Position numbers and translations under genes: made by a program
Notes under the pieces: model-generated
What the model saw: the letters and a program-made list of their open reading frames with translations, nothing else
What the model was told of the DNA's origin: nothing
Database searches by the model: none
Part shown: positions 38,194 to 48,113 of the stretch, in pieces
Layout: the number at the start of each line of letters is the position of its first letter
How positions within the stretch are numbered: position 1 is the stretch's first letter
From: Candidatus Harrisonbacteria bacterium
GTDB taxonomy: Bacteria; Patescibacteriota; Minisyncoccia; UBA6257; 1-14-0-10-40-38
Direction of reading: 5' to 3'
DNA length: 64,000 nt
Assembly: GCA_023245035.1 (NCBI GenBank)
Contig: JAHFLD010000001.1
Coordinates: 196,002 to 260,001, forward strand

Positions 38194-38781
38194 ATGTCCG
38201 CTAAGATAAAAAAGTTCTTATTGTCAGTCTGGGAAGTGATGGAAGTGGTATTTGTGGCAACGGCGACCGTCTTTTTGATTCGTAGTTTTCTTATTCAGCC
38301 TTTTCTAGTCAGCGGCGCCAGCATGGAGCCCAATTTTTCTGATGGCAATTATCTTATCATCGACGAAATCACTTATCGTTTTCGCAGTCCCGAACGCGGC
38401 GAGGTGGTAGTTTTCCGTTTTCCCAAAGATCCCTCGGTATTTTTCATCAAACGCATCATTGGCCTTCCAGGGGAGCGCGTGGTTAGCAACGGCAACGGCC
38501 TCGTTGTCTACCAAGGCGTCAAAGACACCACAGGAACGCCTCTGGCCGAGAGCTATTTGCCGCACGGAAGCATTAAAGACCGGTTTGATATTTGGCTAAA
38601 CAATGACGAGTATTTCGTTCTCGGTGATAATCGCAACTTTAGCTTTGACTCGCGGAGCTGGGGGCCGATCAAGCGCGACGCCATCATTGGCGTTGTGCGA
38701 GTTCGCGTCTTTCCGCTCCAGCAGTTTGATAGCTTCACCGCCCCGCGTTACACAACACCGGAAACCGCTCCAGTTCTCTAA
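38194..38781 (+). CDS. lepB: signal peptidase I
   Basis: 'VSGASMEPNF' (catalytic Ser), 'VVFRFP' and 'FIKRIIGLPGE' (Lys box), then 'GDNRNFSFDSR'. Confidence 0.85.
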   Translation: MSAKIKKFLLSVWEVMEVVFVATATVFLIRSFLIQPFLVSGASMEPNFSDGNYLIIDEITYRFRSPERGEVVVFRFPKDPSVFFIKRIIGLPGERVVSNGNGLVVYQGVKDTTGTPLAESYLPHGSIKDRFDIWLNNDEYFVLGDNRNFSFDSRSWGPIKRDAIIGVVRVRVFPLQQFDSFTAPRYTTPETAPVL

Positions 38782-38789
38782 CTACGCCC

Positions 38790-40070
38790 ATGGGATCCGC
38801 GAAAAAAAAGGCCAATATCATCAAAGCTCCCGAAGGGATGTACGACATTCTTCCGTCGGAGTACATGATGTGGGATCGAATGCGCAAAGTTGTTCGGGAT
38901 TTCGCTGACTTCTACAATTTTTTTCGCATCGAAACATCGCTGATCGAGCGGGAAGAGCTCATGACACGATCTTTTGCGGTTGATGACGAGATGCGGGATC
39001 GGTCTTTTGTAATTCAAAAAGGCGGTGAACGCTTCGTTGTCCGCCGGGATCCGGCGCTTTCGGTTATTCGGGCCTATGTGGAGCACGGATTAAATTCCGC
39101 CAACCAGGCATTCAAAGTGTTTTACGAGGGCCAGATCTTCGATAAAAACGGTTTTAGCGATGCTCCTGAATTTCGGGAGGCTCATTGCGCCGGCTTTGAA
39201 GTTATTGACGGCGAATCCGATCCGGTTTACGACGCCCAAATTATTCTGACTCTCTGTCGGATACTGGAGGAACTGAAGGTAACGGGGATTACTATTGGAT
39301 TAAATACCTTATGCTGTCGCCACTGCCGCATGGGCTATCGCAAGCAAATCAACGAATACATCAAAGGCAAAAAAAACGATCTCTGCGCGCAGTGCGAGAA
39401 GCACTTGACCGGAAAAATAGAAAAGATTCTCATCTGTGAAAACGAAAAAGACAAGTTGGTGCGTGATAGTTATCCGGCCTCCGTGGATTACCTCTGCACC
39501 TATTGTCGGAGCGGTTTCAAAATAGTGTTTGAATATCTGGAAGAGCTTGGGCTGCAATACGCGCTTTCTCCGCGTCTCTCAAGCGATTGCGGATATACCA
39601 CCGGAACCTTGTTCGAAATCTACGGAGCCGACTTGCCGTATCCGCTCGCGAGCGGCGGTCGGCATGATTATCTGGTGGAATCCGTTGGCGGCAAGAATAC
39701 TCCGGCGGTTGGCGGCCTGATCTATCTCGATCGAGTCGCTCGCTGGCTTAAGGCTAAAGGGGTGACCATCGCTCCTCACCGAGCCAAACCAAAAACATTT
39801 TTGATTCACATTGGAGCTCTGGCTCGCAAAAAAGCCCTCGGACTCATTGAGCAATTACGCGAGTCCAATATTAGCGTCTGGGAATCTTTGGGTCGGGACG
39901 CGCTCGATGTTCAGCTTAAACTGGCGGCCAAAATGGAATCGCCGCTGGCTCTGATTTTCGGACAAAAAGAAGCTTTTGAAGACAGTATTATTGTGCGGGA
40001 TATGAAAAGCGGCATGCAGGAAACTGTTCCGCTAAAAAAAATAATTGAGGCCATCAAGAAAAGGCTGTGA
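38790..40070 (+). CDS. second HisRS-like class II synthetase paralog with ~70-aa Cys-rich (zinc-ribbon-like) insertion and divergent motif 2
   Basis: 'APEGMYDILP', 'RAYVEHGL', motif 3 'GGRHDYLV' and a C-terminal anticodon-binding-like domain. The insertion 'CCRHCRMGY...CAQCEKH...CTYCRSG' carries three CxxC pairs. Motif 2 'FDKNGFSDAPEFREAHC' lacks the canonical Arg pattern. Confidence 0.55.
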   Translation: MGSAKKKANIIKAPEGMYDILPSEYMMWDRMRKVVRDFADFYNFFRIETSLIEREELMTRSFAVDDEMRDRSFVIQKGGERFVVRRDPALSVIRAYVEHGLNSANQAFKVFYEGQIFDKNGFSDAPEFREAHCAGFEVIDGESDPVYDAQIILTLCRILEELKVTGITIGLNTLCCRHCRMGYRKQINEYIKGKKNDLCAQCEKHLTGKIEKILICENEKDKLVRDSYPASVDYLCTYCRSGFKIVFEYLEELGLQYALSPRLSSDCGYTTGTLFEIYGADLPYPLASGGRHDYLVESVGGKNTPAVGGLIYLDRVARWLKAKGVTIAPHRAKPKTFLIHIGALARKKALGLIEQLRESNISVWESLGRDALDVQLKLAAKMESPLALIFGQKEAFEDSIIVRDMKSGMQETVPLKKIIEAIKKRL

Positions 40071-40217
40071 TTAAAATCGCCGAATCCCGTATTTTTTCTG
40101 GGATTGCTAAAAAACGAACTTCCAGCCCCGCCTCGCTCTAAATTGGGTGATCTAAAAAAATGGATCCTTGCCTCTAGACAAACAATAAGGAAAAAAGTTA
40201 GAATAAACGACCAATCT

Positions 40218-40433
40218 ATGGGTATAGAAATACGCAAAAAAGAAGGGGAGTCGGTCAACGCGCTCATCTACCGCTTTACCAAAAAAACCCAACAAAGCGG
40301 TATTTTACGCGAATCAAAGAAGCGCTTTTATCATAAGCGAGAGGTAAGTCGCGTCAAACGAAAGGCTTCAGCCTTGCACCGAGCCAAGAAACGCGAAGAG
40401 TTTACTCGCGCCAGGAAGAACGGACTTGTATGA
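40218..40433 (+). CDS. rpsU: ribosomal protein S21
   Basis: 'MGIEIRKKEGESVNALIYRFTKKTQQSGILRESKKRFYHK...' matches S21. Start moved to an internal ATG. Confidence 0.8.
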   Translation: MGIEIRKKEGESVNALIYRFTKKTQQSGILRESKKRFYHKREVSRVKRKASALHRAKKREEFTRARKNGLV

Positions 40434-40882
40434 ACACTCTCCAAGCCTTAACCGCCGATCTAAAAGAGGCCATGAAGGCTAAACGCGAAGGTGATTTGCA
40501 AACCGCGCGTCTTCTGATTTCCGCCATTAGAAATCGCGAAATTCAGAAAAGAACCGATGGCGGAACCTCGGAGCTTACCGAGGAAGAAGTCGTCCAAGTC
40601 ATTCGCGCCGAAGCAAAAAAGCGCAAAGATTCCAGCGCTGTTTTTTCCGCGAATAATCGCGAAGACCTCGCCATGAAAGAGCTGACCGAATTAGCTTATA
40701 TCGAAAAATACCTGCCTCAATTGCTAAGTCGCGAAGCGACCGAAGAACGCGTTAAAAGCATCATCCAACAGACTAAGCCGGCCGATGTCGGTTCAGCCAT
40801 GAAAGAGGTAATGAAAGAGCTCAAAGGGAAAATAGACAACTCTCTTGCCGCCGAAATTATTAAGCGATTACTGCAAAAATAA
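40430..40882 (+). CDS. GatB/YqeY-domain protein
   Basis: YqeY-like helical protein. Conserved position next to rpsU. Confidence 0.65.
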   Translation: MNTLQALTADLKEAMKAKREGDLQTARLLISAIRNREIQKRTDGGTSELTEEEVVQVIRAEAKKRKDSSAVFSANNREDLAMKELTELAYIEKYLPQLLSREATEERVKSIIQQTKPADVGSAMKEVMKELKGKIDNSLAAEIIKRLLQK

Positions 40883-40906
40883 TTCTGTCGCCGCCAGAAA
40901 AGATTT

Positions 40907-41371
40907 TTGTGTCCAGAGATTATGGGAACTTTCCAAAAACGATCCAGATCGGTAAGTAATCGCGCTGTCGTAATCGCGCTCCAGAAAAAAATGTCGGCGC
41001 GTTTTCTTTCTGCTCTAAAAAAAGCCGCGGAGTTTGTCGCCAAAACCCAGGGCGCGAGCGGTGTTGAATTTGAAGTCTATCTGGTGGATAACGCGATTCT
41101 GCCCAAAAATGTCTTGGCCTATCCATGGCCCGCCGGTTTTCCGCGCCCAGAAACCGCCAATCAATTCATTGGAGAGATTTTTATCAACCCGCAATATATC
41201 CGCGCGGAGGGGCAAAGTGTTCTCTTTATGCTGGTCCACGGGTTTTTACATCTGCGGGGATATGACCACAAGAAAAAAAATGATACAATTGCCATGGAGA
41301 AGGAGGAACAGCGACTCCTTGAAGTAGTTAGTCGTCAAGCGCCCGCGAGCATCATCAAAACGCTCGCGTGA
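40907..41371 (+). CDS. ybeY: rRNA maturation endoribonuclease YbeY
   Basis: 'HGFLHLRGYDH' metal-binding signature. Confidence 0.85.
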   Translation: MCPEIMGTFQKRSRSVSNRAVVIALQKKMSARFLSALKKAAEFVAKTQGASGVEFEVYLVDNAILPKNVLAYPWPAGFPRPETANQFIGEIFINPQYIRAEGQSVLFMLVHGFLHLRGYDHKKKNDTIAMEKEEQRLLEVVSRQAPASIIKTLA

Positions 41372-42621
41372 TCGGCGCACCCGCCGCAATGCCATCTCAT
41401 CACATTCTTGGATTAGATATCGGTACTCATACCATCAAAGCCGCCGTCGCCGAAGTTAAAAAAGGCGGCGAGTTAAATCTTGTCTATCTCGCGAAATCAC
41501 CCTCGGCCGGCCTACGGCGCGGCGCGGTTCATGATATCACCGAAGCTACGCAAAAAATCGGCATCATCCTTTCGGAAATAAAAAAGAATTATAAAGACGC
41601 GCTGGATAACATTGTGCTTTCTGTCGGCACCGCGGATGTCAAAATCCAGCCATCAATCGGCGTGGTTGCGGTTTCTCGAGCCGACTACGAAATTTTTCAA
41701 GATGATATTCAGCGAGCCGTTCAAAGCTCTCAGGCCATCAACTTGCCGCCGAACCGCGTAGTCTTGCATCACCTAATCAGCGAATATATTGTTGACGGTG
41801 TTCGCGACATTCGTGACCCGCTTGGTATGATCGGCAACCGGCTTGAAGTCGGCAGCTTGATTATTGACGCCTTCGCGCCGATGGTAAAAAACCTTACCCG
41901 TTGCGTCGAAGTACTCGGAGGCAACCTAAATGGAATTATTTTGGGAACCATCGCCGCCGCGGAAGCCGTCGTTAGCCGCCGCCAAAAAGAGCTCGGAGTG
42001 GTAGTCGTGGATATCGGCTTCGGAACCACTGGTATGGTAGTTTACGAAGAGGGCAAGCTTCTTCATACCGCTATCTTGCCCTTTGGTTCTGGACACATCA
42101 CTAACGACTTGGCAATCGGCCTTAAGGCCCCGATTGAAGCCGCCGAAGCCATCAAGCTTTCCTTTGGTTCGGCCATCGCGAAAGAAGGCGGCAGTCGCGA
42201 TAGTATCGATGTGGCGAGAATTGATCCGCGCCTCAAAGGCCTTGTCTCCAAAAAGCTGGTTACCGAGATTATCGAGATGCGACTTGCGGAGATCTTCGAG
42301 TTTGTGAATAATGAGCTCAAAAGCATCGGTCGTGCCGGAAAGCTTCCCGCTGGCGTAGTGCTGGTTGGCGGCGGCGCCAAAATGCCTGGTATTGTGGAGC
42401 TGGCCAAGCAAGAACTGCGGCTTCCGGCCCAGGTTGGCATACCGGATGTTAGTAAGTTGAGTGTTTTGAACGGCGAGTTGGGGTTGCAGGTTGAAGACCC
42501 GGAATACGCCTCGGCAGTCGGCCTTCTCCTCTATAGCCGAGAAGCCAGTCCCTTGAGTCATCAGTTTAAGAGCGGTCTCGCGACTTTCTTCCGAAAAATA
42601 TTTAGATACCTTATCCCTTAA
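41368..42621 (+). CDS. ftsA: cell division protein FtsA
   Basis: Actin-fold 'ILGLDIGTHTIKAAV' and 'VVDIGFGTT'. Immediately upstream of ftsZ. Confidence 0.8.
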   Translation: MIGAPAAMPSHHILGLDIGTHTIKAAVAEVKKGGELNLVYLAKSPSAGLRRGAVHDITEATQKIGIILSEIKKNYKDALDNIVLSVGTADVKIQPSIGVVAVSRADYEIFQDDIQRAVQSSQAINLPPNRVVLHHLISEYIVDGVRDIRDPLGMIGNRLEVGSLIIDAFAPMVKNLTRCVEVLGGNLNGIILGTIAAAEAVVSRRQKELGVVVVDIGFGTTGMVVYEEGKLLHTAILPFGSGHITNDLAIGLKAPIEAAEAIKLSFGSAIAKEGGSRDSIDVARIDPRLKGLVSKKLVTEIIEMRLAEIFEFVNNELKSIGRAGKLPAGVVLVGGGAKMPGIVELAKQELRLPAQVGIPDVSKLSVLNGELGLQVEDPEYASAVGLLLYSREASPLSHQFKSGLATFFRKIFRYLIP

Positions 42622-42633
42622 GCTTTTCCCGAC

Positions 42634-43884
42634 ATGATTAAAAAAAATATGACTACCATAGCGGCGAAAAGATCCGCGCCATCAAGTTACAATGCCAGAA
42701 TTAAAGTCGTCGGCATCGGCGGCGGGGGCGGACACGCCGTTTCCCGAATGTACGACAATCTAGGCGTTCGCGGCGTAGAGTTTATCGCTATCAATACCGA
42801 TATCCAGGATTTGGAATATTGCCAGGCTAAGAGAAAAATCCAAATCGGAAAGAATCTCACCCGCGGCTTGGGAGCCGGCATGAATCCCGAAATTGGACGG
42901 CAAGCCGCGGAAGAAAATCGTGCCGAGATCGCCGAAACTCTAAAAGGCGCCGATCTGGTTTTTTTGACCGCCGGTTTGGGCGGCGGCTCCGGCTCGGGCG
43001 GAATTTTAACCGTTGCCGACACCGCCAGAGAGAATGGCATTTTAACCGTTGCCGTTGTTACCAAGCCGTTTGCTTTTGAGGGAGCTCAGCGGGCCAAGAT
43101 TGCCCAAGAGGCTCTGGCCAAACTTAAAGATAAGGTGGACACCTTGATTGTGGTGCCAAACGACAAAATTTTTGACATCATAAAAAAAGACACTCCGCTA
43201 CTCAAAGCCTTTGAGCATATTGATGATGTTTTACGGAGCGCCGTTCAGGGTATCGCCGAACTCATTGCCATGCCCGGTATTGTTAACGTGGATTTCGCCG
43301 ACATTAAGGCCATTATGCAAAACTCCGGCCCGGCCCTGGTCGGCATTGGCATCGCAAGCGGCCAGGAGCGGGCCACGGCGGCCGCCAATCAGGCCATTCA
43401 CTCGCCCCTTCTCGAAATATCCGTCGACGGCGCCAAAGGCGTGCTCTTTGGCATCTCCGGCGGCCGCGATATGCGAATGACCGAGATTAACGAAATCGCC
43501 AAAAGCATCTCCCAAACCATTGACCCATCGGCCAAAATAATTTTTGGCGCCTATCATGACCGCAAACTTAAACCCGGGCAAATTAAAGTAGTTTTGATTG
43601 CCACCGGATTCGGAGCCCACTTTGGTCGGGATAACGAATCGGTCGCGCCGTCGCTCTTCAATCCGGAATCCAATTTTGGTCTAAGTAAAGCCGAATATTC
43701 TAACCCAATTAACGCGCCGCTCAAAGAGATGCCGGCCTCGTCTAAAGAGACTAAAGAAAAAAGCGAAAAGCCACTCAAGGAAGCCAAGGATGATAACAAA
43801 AAGACCGGAGCTCAAATCCCGCCTAAAAAAGACGACGACCTTTGGGACATACCGGCGTTTTTAAGAAAACGCCGTCGGGAATAA
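42634..43884 (+). CDS. ftsZ: cell division GTPase FtsZ
   Basis: Tubulin signature 'GLGGGSGSGG', then 'NTD' and 'VVPNDKI'. The C-terminal tail ends 'DIPAFLRKRRRE'. Confidence 0.9.
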   Translation: MIKKNMTTIAAKRSAPSSYNARIKVVGIGGGGGHAVSRMYDNLGVRGVEFIAINTDIQDLEYCQAKRKIQIGKNLTRGLGAGMNPEIGRQAAEENRAEIAETLKGADLVFLTAGLGGGSGSGGILTVADTARENGILTVAVVTKPFAFEGAQRAKIAQEALAKLKDKVDTLIVVPNDKIFDIIKKDTPLLKAFEHIDDVLRSAVQGIAELIAMPGIVNVDFADIKAIMQNSGPALVGIGIASGQERATAAANQAIHSPLLEISVDGAKGVLFGISGGRDMRMTEINEIAKSISQTIDPSAKIIFGAYHDRKLKPGQIKVVLIATGFGAHFGRDNESVAPSLFNPESNFGLSKAEYSNPINAPLKEMPASSKETKEKSEKPLKEAKDDNKKTGAQIPPKKDDDLWDIPAFLRKRRRE

Positions 43885-43919
43885 ACAGACCCGCCGAACT
43901 TGCGCTAAAAAATCGGCCA

Positions 43920-44969
43920 CTAAGAATTGGCCTGAACCTGGCGTTGCTGATGCAGGCGATAAGTCTCCAAAAGCACCAGGAAGATTGCCGCGATCAGCGG
44001 TCCGTAGATAACTCCCAAAATTCCAAAGATTTTCAAGCCGCCGAGAATGGCAATAAAAATAAAAAGAGGATGGGCGTCTATTTTGTTGGCGATAATTTTT
44101 GGCCGGATGATGTTATCAATCGTGGAGACGATTAAAAAATTATAAAAGAAAAATCCCAAAGCGAGCGCCGGCGACTTGATGGTCAGCAAATAAATTGTTG
44201 CCGGAATATAGATGATATAAGGACCCAATAGCGGGATCAGGGAAAGAAAGGCCATAACGGCGCCCCATAGCACCGGAGTATCAAGACCAAAAATATAAAA
44301 ACCCAAACCGGCCAGTATTCCCTGTGCGAGTGCCGTCAGAAAGATGCCATAAAGAATCGCCTTGCCGGTTTCGCGAAACGTCCGAAACAAGTGAGCCCCC
44401 TCATTGTTTTTAAAAAGCTGTAGGTTGCTAAAAAACTTTCCGAATAAATCGCCGTCTCGAAGCAAATAGAAGATTGTAAACAGCATGATGAAAAAAGAAA
44501 CTAACAAGCTGAAAACTCCGGAAAGCAATGTGCCGGTCTTCTGATAAATCGAGAGGCTGAAGCTCTTAAGCCAAGGAGCCACTTGCTCCTGGATAAAATT
44601 CTCAACATTGACGTTAAGATTTAGTTTTTGTGAAGCAATCTCCAACTTGTTGGCCAGATTTTGATCCAGAGTTATGTCGTCCTTAGTACTTAAAAAAAGG
44701 TTAAACGCCTCGCTGCCCAAAAGCGTCGTTGTGCCGATAAATGGCAAAATAATGCCAACGACAATCACAAAAATCGTAACCAAAGCCGCCAGGTTTTTCT
44801 GGTCGCGGAAAAAAATGCGAAGCCGATTATAGAGCGGAAAGGTTAGCGTTGCGAGTAGTGCCCCCAAAATAACCGGAGCATGAAATCCGCTTATCAAAAG
44901 CAGAGTAAGTCCTAAGAAAACAATCAGCAACACAACTAGAATCCGTTCCGAGCCTTGAGGAGTCATCAA
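43920..44969 (-). CDS. AI-2E (PerM/YdiK) family membrane transporter
   Basis: Eight predicted TM helices with the characteristic long loop. 349 aa. Confidence 0.6.
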   Translation of the reverse strand: MMTPQGSERILVVLLIVFLGLTLLLISGFHAPVILGALLATLTFPLYNRLRIFFRDQKNLAALVTIFVIVVGIILPFIGTTTLLGSEAFNLFLSTKDDITLDQNLANKLEIASQKLNLNVNVENFIQEQVAPWLKSFSLSIYQKTGTLLSGVFSLLVSFFIMLFTIFYLLRDGDLFGKFFSNLQLFKNNEGAHLFRTFRETGKAILYGIFLTALAQGILAGLGFYIFGLDTPVLWGAVMAFLSLIPLLGPYIIYIPATIYLLTIKSPALALGFFFYNFLIVSTIDNIIRPKIIANKIDAHPLFIFIAILGGLKIFGILGVIYGPLIAAIFLVLLETYRLHQQRQVQANS

Positions 44970-45111
44970 GCTAAAGTATAAAACATATCCAACTCACCGG
45001 CAACGCGAAACCCGGCGTCAAGGCAATTATTCAAAAACCTATCGCCAATAAACGCGCCACCAATCATAGCTACAACGAAGCAGAAGGCATTTTTGTTAGC
45101 TAAACCTCTGT

Positions 45112-45591
45112 CTAGTGCTGGATTTTGAGCAATTCAACGGTAAAGATGAGCGTCGCCGAAGGGGGAATTGGTCCTTGTCCGGAGGCTCCATATCCTAGAT
45201 CAGGCGGAATGGTCAGGGTTCGCTTGCCGCCAACTTTCATACCGATAAAACCCTGGTCCCAGCCCTTGATTACCTGACCGGCCCCAACGGTGAACTCAAA
45301 CGGCGTTCCCCGAGGAATTGAACTGTCAAAAACACTTCCATCAACCAGCTTGCCGGTATAGTGAACGGTCAGCTTGTCGCCGTTAACCACCGAATCGCCA
45401 GTCCCGACAACTTCATCCGTAATACCTAGTTTAGTTGGCATTGAGGAGTTTATATTAGCTTCTTGTGTTGAGTCTTTAGTTTCGACCTCGCTTACAGTCG
45501 CCGGAGTTTCGTTCTGGCCGCTTCTAAGAAAGGCCGTAACCAATAAAACCGCAACCACCGCCAAAATTGAATAAAAAATTTTTGAGCCCAT
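45112..45591 (-). CDS. FKBP-type peptidyl-prolyl cis-trans isomerase (secreted/anchored)
   Basis: '[16 protein letters not shown]', '[17 protein letters not shown]' and '[14 protein letters not shown]'. Confidence 0.8.
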   Translation of the reverse strand: MGSKIFYSILAVVAVLLVTAFLRSGQNETPATVSEVETKDSTQEANINSSMPTKLGITDEVVGTGDSVVNGDKLTVHYTGKLVDGSVFDSSIPRGTPFEFTVGAGQVIKGWDQGFIGMKVGGKRTLTIPPDLGYGASGQGPIPPSATLIFTVELLKIQH

Positions 45592-45635
45592 AGATAAACT
45601 TGATTATATCAAACAGTGGCGAACGCGCAAGTTGA

Positions 45636-46586
45636 TCAGTAAAAAATCGTCCTGGTTCTGTGATGCGGCATCGCCAAAGAAGTTTTTTGACTGGCCTGCC
45701 ACAAGAGCCAATCAATCTGATAGCTCATCAAAGCAACACCTCGTCTCCGAAGCTCGCGGCGCATATATTCCACCGCCCAAACAGTATTGGCGCGAATCTC
45801 AAGTTCAGATTTTGCCCCGGAGGGGATTAAGGTCTTGTTCGCCAATGACTGGCGAAGTCGCGGCGAATAAACCAAAATGCCCAGCGCTTCCAAAATCTGC
45901 GGAACCCGATAATCGGCGAACGCGGTAAGATAACTTAAATCTTGAAATTCTCCTATGCCGCGATAGCCAAAAGCGCCGGCAATATCGCCGGCCAGAATTT
46001 GGGCCCGCTTCCAAAAATAAATCTTTTTCCCCCGGTCGGTAATTTCATCGGCAAATGAGGGTAATCGCGCGATTTTGGGAACCAATCGAGCCAGCTTGCC
46101 TTGAGCCGAACTTATAAAACTCAAAATTCCACCTTGATCTATAATCGCTCGAGCAACGCTTCGCGCCGCTAGGTAGCGCTCCGACATCATTTGCAGTCGC
46201 CGTCCGCCCTGAAAAATCTTCCTAAAATCAGTCAACCGCATTTCGGCAAAAGTGCTTAAAGTAGCCCCGGGGTTTTTCTTAAAAAAAGCCTTAAGAGCCA
46301 GCGCCAAGGCGTAGTAGCCGGTATGCGATTTACCGCGATCCAAAAACTCCCAACGCCCTCCCGAACGCGCCCAAAAGCAAAAATTAAGCGTGTCGAGCAT
46401 CACCAAATAACTCAAACTTCGTTCCGGATTTTTTTTGTCAAAAAAATGCTTGGCAGTCTCCCATCTTGGTAGTCTTTTGCGCTGCCTAGCAAATCTATCC
46501 ACCCAATCCCGCAGAGCCGCTCGATCAATCTTCACCGAGCGGGATTTAAGCATGATTTTTTTGGTAGTCGTGAGAACCGGATTCAT
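45636..46586 (-). CDS. DUF2419/Qng1-like queuosine-salvage family protein (tentative)
   Basis: 'LDTLNFCFW' region and adjacency to tgt. Family assignment is from memory only. Confidence 0.4.
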   Translation of the reverse strand: MNPVLTTTKKIMLKSRSVKIDRAALRDWVDRFARQRKRLPRWETAKHFFDKKNPERSLSYLVMLDTLNFCFWARSGGRWEFLDRGKSHTGYYALALALKAFFKKNPGATLSTFAEMRLTDFRKIFQGGRRLQMMSERYLAARSVARAIIDQGGILSFISSAQGKLARLVPKIARLPSFADEITDRGKKIYFWKRAQILAGDIAGAFGYRGIGEFQDLSYLTAFADYRVPQILEALGILVYSPRLRQSLANKTLIPSGAKSELEIRANTVWAVEYMRRELRRRGVALMSYQIDWLLWQASQKTSLAMPHHRTRTIFY

Positions 46587-47734
46587 AAAGTTCCTCGCTT
46601 AATTCGCTCTCGCATGGTCGCCACAAAATGATTGAAATAAAAGAGATTATGCTGGGTTAAAAGTACCAGACCCGTAATTTCCTTGGCTCTAATCAGGTGG
46701 GCGATGTAGGTTCTGCGATATCCCAAACAGGTTGGGCATTGGCATCGCGAATCGAGCGGCTCCTGGTCTTTTAAAAAAAGAGACGAGCCCAGATTTAATC
46801 GCCCGGCGCTGGTAAAGGCAATGCCGCGGCGGGCATAGTGCGTCGGAATGGTGCAATCAAAGGTATCAACTCCGGAGGCAATAATTCGCGGAATATCATC
46901 CAGCGCCCCGATGCCCAAAAGATGCCTCGGCTTGGTCTCGGGAAGCAGTGGCAAGGTCCAATTTAAAATTTTTTGCATTGTCGCCTTGCTGCTGCCAAGA
47001 TCTCCGCCGATGCCGAAGCCGTCAAAACCAAGCCCGCCAATAAAACGGGCGCTCGCCTCCCGCAACGGCTTAAACCTAGAGCCCTGCACAATGCCGAACA
47101 GGGCTTGATTGCCTTGGCGCGCGCGGAGGGAAATTTTTGCCCAACGATGCGTGCGTGCCAAAGAAGTTTCAATGTAAGCCCGGGTGGCGGTCGGCGGCGT
47201 GCACTCATCAAAGGCGAACATAATATCCGCGCCAAGTTTTTCCTGGATGGCGATTGATTCTTGCGGTCCCATAAAAATTGTTCGGCCATCAAGCGGCGAT
47301 TTAAAGAAAACGCCGGCCTCCAGAATTCGCAAAGAGTTCGGTTGGCGGCCTTCGTTAACCGCCAATTTTCCCGCTCCGCGTCCGTCAAAATATTTTAATA
47401 TCTTGCCAAGGTTAAGATCTCGGCCAAAGCCCAAGCTAAAAATTTGAAAACCGCCCGAGTCGGTCATAAGCGGCCGCTTCCAGTTCATGAACTTGTGAAG
47501 TCCTTGGCTTTTGTTTACTACCGCCTCCCCCGGTTTTAGATGCAGATGAAAGGTATTGGCGATAGCAATTTGAGTACCGGTTTCAGCCAGCATTTCGCTG
47601 GTTAAGGTTTTCGCCACCGCTTGGGTCGCGACCGGTACCAAACTCGGAGTTTCCACCTCGCCATTTGGCGTGGTTATGATGCCAAGCCGCGCCCGACTCG
47701 CGCGTGAACGGCGAAGTATCTTGAAAGAAATCAT
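46583..47734 (-). CDS. tgt: queuine tRNA-ribosyltransferase
   Basis: 'LGIITTPNGEVETPSLVPVAT', catalytic 'MTDSGGFQ' and zinc site 'CQCPTCLGYRRTYIAHL'. Start moved to 'MISFKIL'. Confidence 0.85.
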   Translation of the reverse strand: MISFKILRRSRASRARLGIITTPNGEVETPSLVPVATQAVAKTLTSEMLAETGTQIAIANTFHLHLKPGEAVVNKSQGLHKFMNWKRPLMTDSGGFQIFSLGFGRDLNLGKILKYFDGRGAGKLAVNEGRQPNSLRILEAGVFFKSPLDGRTIFMGPQESIAIQEKLGADIMFAFDECTPPTATRAYIETSLARTHRWAKISLRARQGNQALFGIVQGSRFKPLREASARFIGGLGFDGFGIGGDLGSSKATMQKILNWTLPLLPETKPRHLLGIGALDDIPRIIASGVDTFDCTIPTHYARRGIAFTSAGRLNLGSSLFLKDQEPLDSRCQCPTCLGYRRTYIAHLIRAKEITGLVLLTQHNLFYFNHFVATMRERIKRGTL

Positions 47735-47853
47735 AGTGTTGATATAAGAGTCACAATCTGTGAGCGGGGAAGGGGATAAAAAAAGCCCACTTTGGATATA
47801 ACCCAAGTGGACTTTTTTCGCAAATAAAATCCTATAACGACTCAAATCCGATC

Positions 47854-48099
47854 CTACAAAGTTTTAAGAGCGTCATCCACCTCTTTCAAATCAGCTTCTA
47901 TGTCTGGCAATCCCTGTTCGGCATCCTTGGAAAGCTTCTCCGGAGCATCATCCGGAGTTACTGCCGCCGGTTGTTCGTTGTTTACCGGAGTAGAAGCCGA
48001 TGGCTCCTGATTTTGTCCGGCATAAAAGAAGATCAAGCCCAAGGCCACCACCACAACCAACGCCCCGATAATAATTCCTTTCTGAGATTTTTGTTCCAT
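47854..48099 (-). CDS. hypothetical small membrane-anchored protein
   Basis: TM 'IIIGALVVVVALGLIFFYAG'. Confidence 0.35.
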   Translation of the reverse strand: MEQKSQKGIIIGALVVVVALGLIFFYAGQNQEPSASTPVNNEQPAAVTPDDAPEKLSKDAEQGLPDIEADLKEVDDALKTL

Positions 48100-48113
48100 G
48101 GTTGGTAGTTGAA

